This document shows, one piece after another, positions 27,953-37,283 of a stretch of DNA of 64,000 bases. The DNA is taken from assembly GCA_029548485.1 (NCBI GenBank), contig JAKPNH010000002.1, forward strand, positions 7,747 through 71,746. The letters are read 5' to 3'. The notes beneath the pieces were generated by a model. The model searched no databases, was not told the DNA's origin, and worked only from the letters and a program-made list of their open reading frames with translations. Each line of letters opens with the position of its first letter. The first letter of the stretch is position 1. The position numbers were made by a program, and so were the translations under genes. The DNA is from a bacterium. GTDB lineage: Bacteria; Patescibacteriota; Minisyncoccia; UBA6257; Colwellbacteraceae.

Positions 27953-29185
27953 ATGAAAATCTCTGAAGAAAAAAGAGGAGACGAAGGATCGATGGTTAGC
28001 GTCAATTTGGGAGCCTTTTGCAACCAGAATTGCGTTTTTTGCCTGGCCGCCGACGGCAAAGAGGTTTATCCGAGATTATCCCGCGACGAAGCCGTCAAAG
28101 TTATCGAAAGCTATCTTGACCAGAAAGGCAAAAATTTGCTTCTCACGGGCGGAGAGTCGACCATCCATCCGGATTTCGTGGAAATCATCGGAAAAGTGCT
28201 TAAAGACGACCGCGTTCGTTCTTTGAATATCATGACGAACGGAGTCAGGTTGGGAGATAAAAGCTTTTTCGACGCCGTGATCGCGGCCGACTCCAAGAAA
28301 AAGATTTCTTTTTCTTTCTCTCTTCACGGCCACAATCCGAAGTTGTCGGAAAGCATCACTCGAGGGCAAAAGGGAGATTTCAAGAAAACTTGCACCGCCA
28401 TGCATTACGCCATCCAAGGCGGCTATAATGCGGACGTGGCCATCATCATGGTCGAACAGAATTATCGTTATCTTCCCGATTTCGCGAGGTTTATCGTCAA
28501 TGAGTTTCCGGGAATCGGAGGAGTTTCTTTCGGCTATCCGCTCCTCTTCGGAAACGCGGAAATCAACAAAGATTTCATTTACGCCAAATTCAGCGACATC
28601 GCGCCTTATCTTAAAGAAGCCTTGAGTATCCTTCTCGCTAAAGGAATCAGGGCCGTCACCGCGGCCGGAGCGCCGGTACCGCTTTGCGCCATTCCCGGAG
28701 TGGAGGAAGTGTCGGTGAGGCCGCTTATCGAATGGCGAAGGCGGTATATCGGAACGGCCACCAGCGGCCTTTTGAATTCTTTGAAAGACGAAGACACCAT
28801 TATTCCAAAAATCAAACCCGAGCAGTGCGCCGAATGCGTTTTAAACGACGCCTGCGTCGGGGTGCTCAAGTGCTATGCCGATATCTTCGGATCGGACGGC
28901 GTCATACCCGTGACGATCGGTAGTTTCCAGGGGCCGATCGTGAAGGGCGACAGCTTGTCCGAATGCCTGCCGAAGCTGGACAAAACCAAGCTGAATCTTA
29001 TTGTTTTGAGCGGAGGGGGCGATAACACCGGCCTTTATGGGTTTCCCGATGGAAGAATAGGAGTGGTTGTGAGAGAAAATAAAGATCAATCCAAACCGAA
29101 GTCGAAAGACCGTCAAAAATCCGTCAAACCGACGAAACCAAAGTCGGTAAAAAAGATCAAAAATAATCGGAAGAAATCCAGCTGA
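27953..29185 (+). CDS. Radical SAM protein with partial SPASM/twitch Cys cluster and Lys-rich C-terminal tail
   Basis: 'CNQNCVFC' CxxxCxxC. Downstream 'CAECVLNDACVGVLKC'. Tail KPKSKDRQKSVKPTKPKSVKKIKNNRKKSS. Confidence 0.75.
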   Translation: MKISEEKRGDEGSMVSVNLGAFCNQNCVFCLAADGKEVYPRLSRDEAVKVIESYLDQKGKNLLLTGGESTIHPDFVEIIGKVLKDDRVRSLNIMTNGVRLGDKSFFDAVIAADSKKKISFSFSLHGHNPKLSESITRGQKGDFKKTCTAMHYAIQGGYNADVAIIMVEQNYRYLPDFARFIVNEFPGIGGVSFGYPLLFGNAEINKDFIYAKFSDIAPYLKEALSILLAKGIRAVTAAGAPVPLCAIPGVEEVSVRPLIEWRRRYIGTATSGLLNSLKDEDTIIPKIKPEQCAECVLNDACVGVLKCYADIFGSDGVIPVTIGSFQGPIVKGDSLSECLPKLDKTKLNLIVLSGGGDNTGLYGFPDGRIGVVVRENKDQSKPKSKDRQKSVKPTKPKSVKKIKNNRKKSS

Positions 29186-29205
29186 TTTTATGCTAATCTA
29201 ATATC

Positions 29206-30102
29206 ATGCAAAGGAAAACAATCATCGCCGTTCTCCTTATTGTCGTGATCGCGGCTTTGGCCGCATCGATATTCTTAGAAAGACCGCAAGACCGCCAAGC
29301 GGCGCAAGACGTCGTAGAAACTTTCGGGGAGCGCTTGCGGAACGTTTCTCTGCTCGAGCCGCAAGATATTTTTGTCGAGAGCGTTCAAGAAAACTACGGG
29401 GAGCTGGTTTCGGCTAGATTGATCGGCCGATGGATTAGCGATCCGAAGAACGCGCCGGGCAGGCTGCTTTCGAATCCCTGGCCGCGTCATATCGAAATAA
29501 CTTCGATCAAAAAGTCTTTGATCAACTCTTACAGAATAAGCGGAGACATCATCGAAGTTGCGGAAGTCGAATTAGGCGAAACCGTTTTGCTTATCAAGCA
29601 ACCGGTGGAGATCACCGTTGGAAAAACGAACAATGGTTGGAAGATCAATGACTTCAAGGCGTCCGCCTATAAAACGGTACTTCCGAGGAACATATCCGGT
29701 AACGTTGCCAGTACTTTCAGCTTTGACTATCCCGCGATTTTGGCCGCCAAATTCATCTATCCAGAAGTATGGCCGCCGACATTGACTTTAAGCGACGAAG
29801 ATTTCTTTTGTATAGAAACCGCCGCCGCGCCCGACATACCGGAGCGCGTCGCGGAAAAAGTGATCGATGCCAGGGCTTATTGCGTCAAGACTTTGGACGA
29901 ATTTGACGACGAATCGATCCACACCACCTATACTTATTCCACTTTTCGGGATAATAGAGTCGCCAATCTTCAGTTTGCCTTGCGGTATCCGCGTTGCGAA
30001 AATTACGATGATCCGGAAAGAACCGAGTGTTCGCGCGAAAGGCTCGGTTTCGATCTGAATGCGATAATCGCCTCGATCATGACGAGTTTGAGGAATCAAT
30101 AG
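29206..30102 (+). CDS. Membrane-anchored or secreted hypothetical protein
   Basis: N-terminal TM IIAVLLIVVIAALAASIFL. Six Cys in the C-terminal third. Confidence 0.45.
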   Translation: MQRKTIIAVLLIVVIAALAASIFLERPQDRQAAQDVVETFGERLRNVSLLEPQDIFVESVQENYGELVSARLIGRWISDPKNAPGRLLSNPWPRHIEITSIKKSLINSYRISGDIIEVAEVELGETVLLIKQPVEITVGKTNNGWKINDFKASAYKTVLPRNISGNVASTFSFDYPAILAAKFIYPEVWPPTLTLSDEDFFCIETAAAPDIPERVAEKVIDARAYCVKTLDEFDDESIHTTYTYSTFRDNRVANLQFALRYPRCENYDDPERTECSRERLGFDLNAIIASIMTSLRNQ

Positions 30103-30265
30103 GTTAAGCCTCAAGAAGTTATCCACAAGGGAGGTATTGAAGGATTTCGGGGGCTTAATACTATTTAAATAGCTGATGAAGTTGGCGTTAATCAGCTTAT
30201 ACTTGCAGATCATGGTTCGCCCAGATAAAACTTGAGCCTAAAAAACTTGGGGCTGTAAGCGAAGA

Positions 30266-30314
30266 ATACGACGGTGCCAACAACTAATTTAATTTAGAAC
30301 CGTCGTATTTTTTG
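30266..30314 (+). terminator. Strong hairpin terminator
   Basis: ATACGACGGT-22 nt-ACCGTCGTAT perfect 10-bp inverted repeat plus TTTTTTG. Confidence 0.55.
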
Positions 30315-30376
30315 TTTTCTCTTTTTTAAGAGCGATGAAGGCTGACTGCGGAACGCAACCATGCTATAATTTATTT

Positions 30377-31150
30377 ATGAAGAAAAAATATTCAAAAATA
30401 ACGTTTCTCGCCTTGGCGTTTCTGGCGGTCGGTCTGATAGCCTGTTTTTTATATAAAGGGTTCTTGCCCGGAAAAGCCTTGACTCTTGAGAATCACAATA
30501 TTTCCGAGAACAACGATTTTTTCCGCGTCCGGGCGGAATACCCGCAGTTTCCCAGAGCGAGCCGCGATTTCAATGACAAGATCAAAGAGCTCGTCACCGG
30601 GAAAATAGCCGAGTTCAAAAAATCTTCTAACGAATATTGGCAGGCGAGGCGAGAGACCGCTTCGCCCGGAGAAACCGTACCGACCGCTCCGGAAGTGCCT
30701 TTCGATTTTATCGCCCATTGGGAACACGATCGGCTTGACGAGAAATACATCAGCGTCGTTTTGAAGATTTATTATTTCTCTGGCGGTGCCCACGGCAATG
30801 AAGAGATCCATACTTTCAATTACGATCTGAAGAACCGCCGGGAGATCGGCATCATGGATTTTATCGGTTCCGAAGAAAATCTGCGAGCGATCTCCAACCT
30901 GGCCAAAACGCAATTGGCGGCAAGCTTGGAATCAATGGGTTGGAGGAGCACCAGCGACACTTGGTCTATGCTTGACGAAGGCGCGGCTCCGACCTTGGAA
31001 AACTACAAAGACTTCACTTTCAACCAGGATGTTCTGACCGTATATTTCCAGAAATACCAAGTGGCTGCCGGAGCGGCCGGAAGCCAGCAGGCGTTCTTCT
31101 ACAAAGACAATCTCGAAGCGGAGGGAATCAATTTGAATTGGCCGAAATAA
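30377..31150 (+). CDS. Membrane-anchored hypothetical protein (possibly DUF3298/DUF4163-like)
   Basis: Start at MKKKYSKITFLALAFLAVGLIACF (TM). Domain assignment is tentative. Confidence 0.3.
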   Translation: MKKKYSKITFLALAFLAVGLIACFLYKGFLPGKALTLENHNISENNDFFRVRAEYPQFPRASRDFNDKIKELVTGKIAEFKKSSNEYWQARRETASPGETVPTAPEVPFDFIAHWEHDRLDEKYISVVLKIYYFSGGAHGNEEIHTFNYDLKNRREIGIMDFIGSEENLRAISNLAKTQLAASLESMGWRSTSDTWSMLDEGAAPTLENYKDFTFNQDVLTVYFQKYQVAAGAAGSQQAFFYKDNLEAEGINLNWPK

Positions 31151-31187
31151 ATCATCTGGCACAAAGGTCGAAACTACCATCATTCAT

Positions 31188-31421
31188 ATGAGTCTTTCCA
31201 ATCTCGGATTATTCATGATCCTCGTTGCCTGGCTGTGGCAGTTCGTGTCTTTCACGAAAGGCCAGCAGAGGATGCAGTTGGGATTTTTGCTTTTGTACGC
31301 TATCGGCGTATTGATGCTTATCTGGAACAACTTGATGACCGGATCGCTCAGCGTGAGCGACTGGCAGGAATTGGCCGTCATCGTCTTGGTTGTTGTTCTG
31401 ATGTTCAAGCTTAAAAAATAA
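31188..31421 (+). CDS. Small two-TM membrane protein
   Basis: 77 aa, hydrophobic. Confidence 0.3.
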   Translation: MSLSNLGLFMILVAWLWQFVSFTKGQQRMQLGFLLLYAIGVLMLIWNNLMTGSLSVSDWQELAVIVLVVVLMFKLKK

Positions 31422-31470
31422 CATTAACCTAAAGCAGCCGGCTCGGCCGGCTGCTTCTTTATCAGATACA

Positions 31471-31911
31471 ATGGATCAATTCATGGAGGCCGCCGTCGAA
31501 GAAGCGATTCGAGGGCTTGGCGAAAGGGGAATCCCCATCGGATCGGTTCTCGTGAAAGACGGCAAGATCATCGGCCGAGGGCACAATCGCCGCGTTCAGA
31601 AAGGGTCGTCCATCCTTCACGCGGAAATGGACTGCCTCGAATCCGCCGGACGGCTGAAACCCGAAGATTACGCGAAAAGCGTTCTCTACTCGACTCTTTC
31701 TCCTTGCGACATGTGCGCGGGAGCGGTCCTCCTTTACAAGATCCCCAAAGTCGTCATCGGCGAGAACGAGAACTTCAAAGGGCCGGAGGAATACCTGCGT
31801 TCCCGCGGAGTCGAGGTGACGAATCTTCGCCTCGAAGAATGCAAAAGAATGATGCGGGATTTCATAGACAAGAATCCCGAGTTGTGGAACGAAGACATTA
31901 GCGAAGAATAA
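31471..31911 (+). CDS. Cytosine deaminase (FCY1-type CMP/dCMP-deaminase fold)
   Basis: 'GRGHNRRVQKGSSILHAEMDCLE', 'TLSPCDMCAGAV', 'VIGENENFKG' and C-terminal 'LWNEDISEE' closely parallel yeast FCY1. Confidence 0.75.
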   Translation: MDQFMEAAVEEAIRGLGERGIPIGSVLVKDGKIIGRGHNRRVQKGSSILHAEMDCLESAGRLKPEDYAKSVLYSTLSPCDMCAGAVLLYKIPKVVIGENENFKGPEEYLRSRGVEVTNLRLEECKRMMRDFIDKNPELWNEDISEE

Positions 31912-31924
31912 TCGTCTATAAAAA

Positions 31925-32125
31925 ATGAACAAAAAACAATCGAAGATAATTTTGATCGTCTTGGCCGTGGTTCTCGTTGTCGCCGCGGTTTTCGTCTATT
32001 ATTCCTGCCGCCGGAAAAACGAAGCGGTTTTCTGCACCTTGGATGCCAAACTTTGTCCGGACGGCAGCTATGTCGGCCGGGTGGCGCCGGATTGCGAATT
32101 CGCGGCTTGCCCCGGAGAAGAATAG
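31925..32125 (+). CDS. Small membrane-anchored Cys-rich protein
   Basis: 66 aa, TM then 5 Cys. Confidence 0.3.
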   Translation: MNKKQSKIILIVLAVVLVVAAVFVYYSCRRKNEAVFCTLDAKLCPDGSYVGRVAPDCEFAACPGEE

Positions 32126-32182
32126 ATCCGCTCTTTACCACGACGAGGAGCTGTTTGAAGAGAAAAATGATATAATGGAAAC

Positions 32183-32398
32183 ATGAATAACTTAATGATT
32201 ATCCAGTTTGCCGTTCTTACCGTCGGAACGATTTTCGCCTGGAGCAATTTTTTCAAGGAATTCATTGCTTGGCGCAATAAAAAGATGTGCACGGACGGCT
32301 GCGGCGGAGGAGTCAACCCTTTCAAAACTCCTTGTTTCTACGGAGCTTTGTTTTTCGCCACCGCTCTGGTTTTACACTATTTGATCACCCAAGGTTAA
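32183..32398 (+). CDS. Small membrane protein with CTDGCGGG motif
   Basis: 71 aa, two TM helices. Confidence 0.3.
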   Translation: MNNLMIIQFAVLTVGTIFAWSNFFKEFIAWRNKKMCTDGCGGGVNPFKTPCFYGALFFATALVLHYLITQG

Positions 32399-32428
32399 TC
32401 GTCTGACAGATATCTCTTTTGAGAATCT

Positions 32429-32689
32429 TTGAAGGAAAGTTTTCGATCAAAAGTTTTTGAAATCGTCAAAGCCATCCCGCAAGGAGAAACTTTAAGCTAC
32501 AAGCGGGTGGCGGAACTCGCCGGCAGGCCGAAAGCTTTTCGGGCGGTCGGTAATATCCTGCATCGTAATTATGACCCTTCGATCCCTTGCCACCGGGTGA
32601 TAAGAAGCGACGGGACTCCCGGAGGATACAACCGGGGATCTGCGGCCAAAATAAGAAAACTGCGCGAAGAGAAAGACGATCAATTTTGA
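32429..32689 (+). CDS. MGMT-family protein (methylated-DNA-protein-cysteine methyltransferase DNA-binding/active-site domain)
   Basis: 'GETLSYKRVAELAGRPKAFRAVGNIL...PCHRVIRSDG' with the PCHRV active-site Cys. Confidence 0.6.
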   Translation: MKESFRSKVFEIVKAIPQGETLSYKRVAELAGRPKAFRAVGNILHRNYDPSIPCHRVIRSDGTPGGYNRGSAAKIRKLREEKDDQF

Positions 32690-33231
32690 TTGCTGAATTC
32701 GCAGCCGCAGTATTTTTGGCGGTAGAATCCGGCTTCGCGGCTGATTTCCGATGCCTTTTTCCAAGAATCTTTTTTGTCCGGACAGATTTCGGCAAAAGCG
32801 ATGAATTCCGTCTCGGTTTCTTCGGCGATCGTTTTGCCCAGTTGATCGATGTAATGTTCGTTTTTATGAAGGCTGGCGCTCAAGGTGGTGGTAAAAAATC
32901 GGATATTCAGGCGTTTGGCCTCGGCCGCGGTTCTCCCGAGCCGTAAGGCGAAGCAAACCGGACATCTTTTGCCTCCTTCGGGCTCTTTTTCTAGTCCGGA
33001 GACGGCCTCGTACCAGGCCGCTGGATCGTATCGGTCTTCGATAAACTCCGCTTCATTCTCCAAAGCGAGCTTTTTGGCCGCTTCAAGGCGTTTCCGATAT
33101 TCCTCTTCCGGATGGATGTTGGAATTGGAATAAAAGACGATCGGCTCGAATCGTTCGCGGAGGATCTTGAGCATCAAAGCTCCGCAAACGGCGCAGCAAA
33201 CATGGAGCAGGATTTTTGGTTTGGGGACCAT
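32680..33231 (-). CDS. queH: Epoxyqueuosine reductase QueH (DUF208)
   Basis: Internal start MVPKPKILLHVCCAVCG.... Cys motifs LLHVCC, CPVC and CGC. Confidence 0.8.
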   Translation of the reverse strand: MVPKPKILLHVCCAVCGALMLKILRERFEPIVFYSNSNIHPEEEYRKRLEAAKKLALENEAEFIEDRYDPAAWYEAVSGLEKEPEGGKRCPVCFALRLGRTAAEAKRLNIRFFTTTLSASLHKNEHYIDQLGKTIAEETETEFIAFAEICPDKKDSWKKASEISREAGFYRQKYCGCEFSNQN

Positions 33232-33283
33232 GTTATTAACGCTTACTCTATTCTTTATGATAAGATTAAGCAATTATCCATCG

Positions 33284-34075
33284 ATGGATTTTCGGCAAAC
33301 GCGATTTTTAAGTGTAGTTTCTGTTTTTATGATGGCGGCGACCGCCTTTTTTTTGGTTTCGGAGAACAACCGACAGGCTTCGAAAATCAAATTCAATCTT
33401 TCCGGATTCAAGGAAACGATTCCGCCGGAAATGGTTCTCTCCGAAGAAAAAACAGCGGTCGCCATGCCTTTGGCCGTTCCCCAATATATACAAAGATACA
33501 GGGCTTCTTGCGAAGTGGCGGCCGCTCGGGCGGCCCTGCTTTATTTCGGGGTTTCGTTTTCGGAAGACGATATGATCGAAGAGATCGGCTGGGAGATCAC
33601 CCCTCGATATTACGATAAAAACGGAGATCTGGTTTGGGGGAATCCGCAGTCGAAGTACGTGGGATATTACGATCCCGAAAGGATTTATATCGACGGCTAC
33701 GGAGTCTACAATCAGCCGATTTACGGATTTCTTTCCGAACACGGATTCGGAAAAAGCGTTTCCAAAACAAACTGGAGCATAGACGAGCTCATTTCCTACG
33801 TTCGCCAGGGCTATCCGGCGATCGCCTGGGTCTCCGGGGATTTCAAGAAAAAAGCCGTGGGCGTGATGGTTGGCCTGGACGGCGTTAAAAACCCGTGGAT
33901 TTTCTCGGAACACGCCGTGGTGGTGAGGGGATTCGACGAAAAAAGAGTTTACCTCATGGATCCGGCTCCGGGAGCGGGCTATCGCCAGGTTACCTGGAAA
34001 GAGTTCGAAGACGGATTCGGCAACTTGAACAATATGGCGATCGCGATCATTCCCGGAGAAATGGCGGAATTGTAG
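33284..34075 (+). CDS. Peptidase C39-like domain protein
   Basis: Start chosen at MDFRQTRFLSVVSVFMMAATAFFLV (TM) to avoid the divergent queH start. 'PQYIQRYRASCEVAAARAALLYFG' is the papain-like catalytic Cys region. Confidence 0.5.
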   Translation: MDFRQTRFLSVVSVFMMAATAFFLVSENNRQASKIKFNLSGFKETIPPEMVLSEEKTAVAMPLAVPQYIQRYRASCEVAAARAALLYFGVSFSEDDMIEEIGWEITPRYYDKNGDLVWGNPQSKYVGYYDPERIYIDGYGVYNQPIYGFLSEHGFGKSVSKTNWSIDELISYVRQGYPAIAWVSGDFKKKAVGVMVGLDGVKNPWIFSEHAVVVRGFDEKRVYLMDPAPGAGYRQVTWKEFEDGFGNLNNMAIAIIPGEMAEL

Positions 34076-34162
34076 TCTTTTTTATCCACAATACCTTTGT
34101 TGCAAATCCGGTTTCAGGGCGTAAACTGAAAGTCCAAAGTCCTTTGAAAATCTCGAAAGGAG

Positions 34163-34762
34163 ATGAGTTCCGTGGGTCTCGATGCTTTGTGCGAGGGCGC
34201 TGTCAATCATTATTTCTGGTGCGCCGGGTGCAAGGAGAAGCATGCGTTTGCGGCAATCCGTTTTACGGGGTCTCGCGCCGAGTTCGTTTTTAGCTTCCCC
34301 TCCGGCAGCCGTGAAGGCGATTTGTTCGCGATCGAGCCATACGATGCGAAGAAACACGAAAGCTTGCGGGTTGGTTTTACCCCTCTTCAAATCTATCCGG
34401 GAGACGCGTTGCCGGCCCGTTTGCTTCGTAACGACCTGACCGGATTGGCCGGAGGAGTTATCTATCTTTGCCCCGACTGCGTCGCCAAAGGAAGCCTGTC
34501 AAAACTGGAAGAGGAATTCATAGAACAAGCGAGATCTCTTCTTATGAAGGAGATCTGCATGTTAGTCTGGATCGGTGTTTTAACGCCCATGGGTATTCCG
34601 AAGTCTTTGAGGCTTTCCAAGAAACAAAAGCGGCTTCGGATCGAGAGCATCAAGGCGGTCATCGATAATTTCCGGGCCATCAAGCCGACAGACGCCCCTT
34701 ATGACCCTAAGTTCATACCCATTTTAGAGAAGTGTCTCAAGCTCTTGGAGCACATTTCTTGA
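34163..34762 (+). CDS. Hypothetical protein with two CxxC pairs
   Basis: WCAGCKEKH ... YLCPDCVAKG. No recognisable family. Confidence 0.35.
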   Translation: MSSVGLDALCEGAVNHYFWCAGCKEKHAFAAIRFTGSRAEFVFSFPSGSREGDLFAIEPYDAKKHESLRVGFTPLQIYPGDALPARLLRNDLTGLAGGVIYLCPDCVAKGSLSKLEEEFIEQARSLLMKEICMLVWIGVLTPMGIPKSLRLSKKQKRLRIESIKAVIDNFRAIKPTDAPYDPKFIPILEKCLKLLEHIS

Positions 34763-34842
34763 AAACGGTTATAACGAGCGGCCGAGCAATCTCGGCCGTT
34801 TTTGTTCTTGTCCCCGAGCTTGCCAGAAACTATAATGAGCTT

Positions 34843-35844
34843 ATGGCGAAAAAAGTGATTCTGACCGGAGACAGGCCGACCGGAAAGCTGCACCTGGGGC
34901 ACTATATCGGTTCTTTGACGAACCGTTTAAAACTTCAAGACGAAGCCGAAGAATACGTGATGATCGCCGATGCCCAGGCCTTGACCGATAACGCCGATAA
35001 TCCGGAAAAAGTCAGGCAGAATGTCTTGGAATTGATGCTCGATTATCTGGCGATCGGACTCGACCCGGAGAAAACCGTTTTCTTCGTCCAATCGGCTTTG
35101 CCCGAGCTTCCGGAACTCACGGTTTATTTTTTGAACCTGGTCACCTTGGCCAGGCTCCAGCGGAACCCGACGGTCAAAAACGAGATGAAGCAAAAAGGAT
35201 ACGGCGCGAACGTTCCGGCCGGTTTTCTGACTTATCCGATAAGCCAGGCGGCCGACATCTTGGCCTTCAAGGCCGATCTGGTCCCGGTCGGGGAAGACCA
35301 GCTGCCGATGATCGAACAGGCGAACGAGATCGCCGACACTTTCAACAGATTCTACGGGCCGGTATTCAAACGCGCCAAGGCTTTGGTTTCTTCGACCGGC
35401 CGGCTTCCGGGGATCGACGGCAAAGCGAAAATGTCGAAGTCCCTCGGGAACGCCATTTATCTTTCCGATGCGGAGAAAACCATCAAAGAACAGGTGATGA
35501 AGATGTACACCGATCCGCGGCATATCCACGTCGAAGACAAAGGGAAAGTCGAGGGCAACGTCGTTTTTACCTATCTTGACGCTTTCGATCCGGACAAGTC
35601 AGCTGTCGGGGCCCTGAAGAGACAATACCGGAAAGGCGGATTGGGAGACGTGGAGATAAAAAAGCGGCTGATCGAGGTTTTGGAAAGCCTGATAAGCCCG
35701 ATCAGGCAAAAAAGGGAGAAGCTGGCCAAAGATCCAGAGAGAGTGATGTCTATTTTGGAAAAAGGCACCAAAAAAGCCGGGGAAACGACCAGGAAGACCC
35801 TGGCCGAGGCCAAAAAGGCGATGAAAATAGACTATTTCCGATAA
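34843..35844 (+). CDS. trpS: Tryptophanyl-tRNA synthetase
   Basis: Start MAKKVILTGDRPTGKLHLGHY (HIGH-type). 'KMSKSLGN' present. Confidence 0.9.
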   Translation: MAKKVILTGDRPTGKLHLGHYIGSLTNRLKLQDEAEEYVMIADAQALTDNADNPEKVRQNVLELMLDYLAIGLDPEKTVFFVQSALPELPELTVYFLNLVTLARLQRNPTVKNEMKQKGYGANVPAGFLTYPISQAADILAFKADLVPVGEDQLPMIEQANEIADTFNRFYGPVFKRAKALVSSTGRLPGIDGKAKMSKSLGNAIYLSDAEKTIKEQVMKMYTDPRHIHVEDKGKVEGNVVFTYLDAFDPDKSAVGALKRQYRKGGLGDVEIKKRLIEVLESLISPIRQKREKLAKDPERVMSILEKGTKKAGETTRKTLAEAKKAMKIDYFR

Positions 35845-35868
35845 GCCGGCCGCCTGTTTATTCCGGCG

Positions 35869-35877
35869 TGCTATAAT
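35869..35877 (+). promoter_or_regulatory. Extended -10 gTGcTATAAT promoter for the Cys-rich micro-ORF
   Basis: TGnTATAAT at 35869-35877, about 30 nt before the ATG at 35908. Confidence 0.45.
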
Positions 35878-35907
35878 GCGGGAAAGGTCGTCAACGTCAA
35901 TTTCGAC

Positions 35908-36024
35908 ATGTGCCAGACTTGCGGATGTTCTCCCTGCAAAAAGTGCGGCAGGGAAATAAAAAACGGCGTCTGCAGCGGTTGCGGCAAGAGATCTGACGAA
36001 TGCGAATGTAAGAGGGAGGGATAA
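35908..36024 (+). CDS. 38-aa Cys-rich peptide (10 Cys)
   Basis: MCQTCGCSPCKKCGREIKNGVCSGCGKRSDECECKREG. Too short for the ORF track. Bracketed by its own promoter and terminator. Confidence 0.4.
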   Translation: MCQTCGCSPCKKCGREIKNGVCSGCGKRSDECECKREG

Positions 36025-36051
36025 GGTTGTTTTCAGATAGCTGCTTTCCAT

Positions 36052-36077
36052 CCCGCGGTTAAGCCGCGGGATTTTTG
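36052..36077 (+). terminator. Rho-independent terminator
   Basis: CCCGCGG-ttaag-CCGCGGG plus TTTTTG. Confidence 0.7.
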
Positions 36078-36098
36078 TTTCCCGAAGATTTTCGTGTT

Positions 36099-37250
36099 AT
36101 GACTTATGGCGAAATGATCGATTTTCGAGTCTTGAAAGAGTCTCCGAAAAGTCGAGCCAGGCTCGGCTTTTTGAAAACGCCGCACGGCGAAATCGAGACC
36201 CCGGCCCTGGTCGGAGTGGCCACCCAGGCGACGGTGAAAACCCTGACTTCCGAAGAAGCGAATGAGGCGAAGCTGAAGCTTCTGATTTGCAATACTTATC
36301 ATCTTCATCTCCGGCCGGGAGAGAAAATCGTTAAAGCGAATGGCGGACTTCACGAGTTCATGAACTGGAATTCCGGCCTGATGACCGATTCCGGCGGTTT
36401 CCAGGTGTTCAGCCTCGGGTTCGGACGGGATTTCGGATTGAGCAAGGTTTCGAAATCCGCTTCGAAAGAAACGCTCGAAGAGGGCAGTCAGCCGAGGAAT
36501 TTGAAAATTACCGGTGACGGCGTATTTTTCAAATCCCATCTCGACGGACGAGAAATATTCTTGGGGCCGAAAGAATCGATCAAGATCCAGGAAGACCTGG
36601 GAGCCGACATCATTCTCGCTTTCGACGAATGCCCTCCGCCCATCGCCGGCCGCGAATACGTCTTAAAGTCCCTGGAGCGCACTCATCGCTGGGCCAAGGA
36701 ATGCCTGCGCGCCAAAAAATCCCAACAAGCCCTTTACGGAATCGTTCAGGGAGGCCGGTTCAAGGATCTGCGGTCGGAATCAGCGCGATTCATCGATTCT
36801 CTGGGGTTCGACGGCTACGCCATCGGCGGAGAATTCGGAAGCGATAAGTCGTCCATGATGAAAATGCTCGAAACGGTGAACGCCGAACTCGACGCTTCGA
36901 GGCCGAGGCATCTTTTGGGAATCGGATACCTCGAAGACATTCCGAAGATCGTCAAATCCGGCGTGGATACTTTCGACTGCACCGCGCCGACGCATTACGG
37001 CCGCCGGGGCATCGCTTTCGTCTCTTCGGGAAAATTGGATCTGAATAAGGCGGCGTTTTTGAAAGACCGAAAACCACTTGACCGGACTTGCGGTTGTCCG
37101 GTCTGCGGAGCCTATTCCCGAAGCTATATCAGCCATTTGATCCGCGCCAAAGAAATTTCCGGCTTGAAGCTTCTCACTGTGCATAACCTGTTTTTCTTCA
37201 ATACTTATATCGAGAAAATAAGGCAGGATATCAAAAAAGGAAGGCTTTGA
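36099..37250 (+). CDS. tgt: Queuine/preQ1 tRNA-ribosyltransferase
   Basis: 'LMTDSGGFQVFSLG' catalytic Asp region. Zinc site 'CGCPVCGAY...H'. Confidence 0.85.
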   Translation: MTYGEMIDFRVLKESPKSRARLGFLKTPHGEIETPALVGVATQATVKTLTSEEANEAKLKLLICNTYHLHLRPGEKIVKANGGLHEFMNWNSGLMTDSGGFQVFSLGFGRDFGLSKVSKSASKETLEEGSQPRNLKITGDGVFFKSHLDGREIFLGPKESIKIQEDLGADIILAFDECPPPIAGREYVLKSLERTHRWAKECLRAKKSQQALYGIVQGGRFKDLRSESARFIDSLGFDGYAIGGEFGSDKSSMMKMLETVNAELDASRPRHLLGIGYLEDIPKIVKSGVDTFDCTAPTHYGRRGIAFVSSGKLDLNKAAFLKDRKPLDRTCGCPVCGAYSRSYISHLIRAKEISGLKLLTVHNLFFFNTYIEKIRQDIKKGRL

Positions 37251-37283
37251 TCGATACGGCCGAACGCTTATAATGAGAACGCT

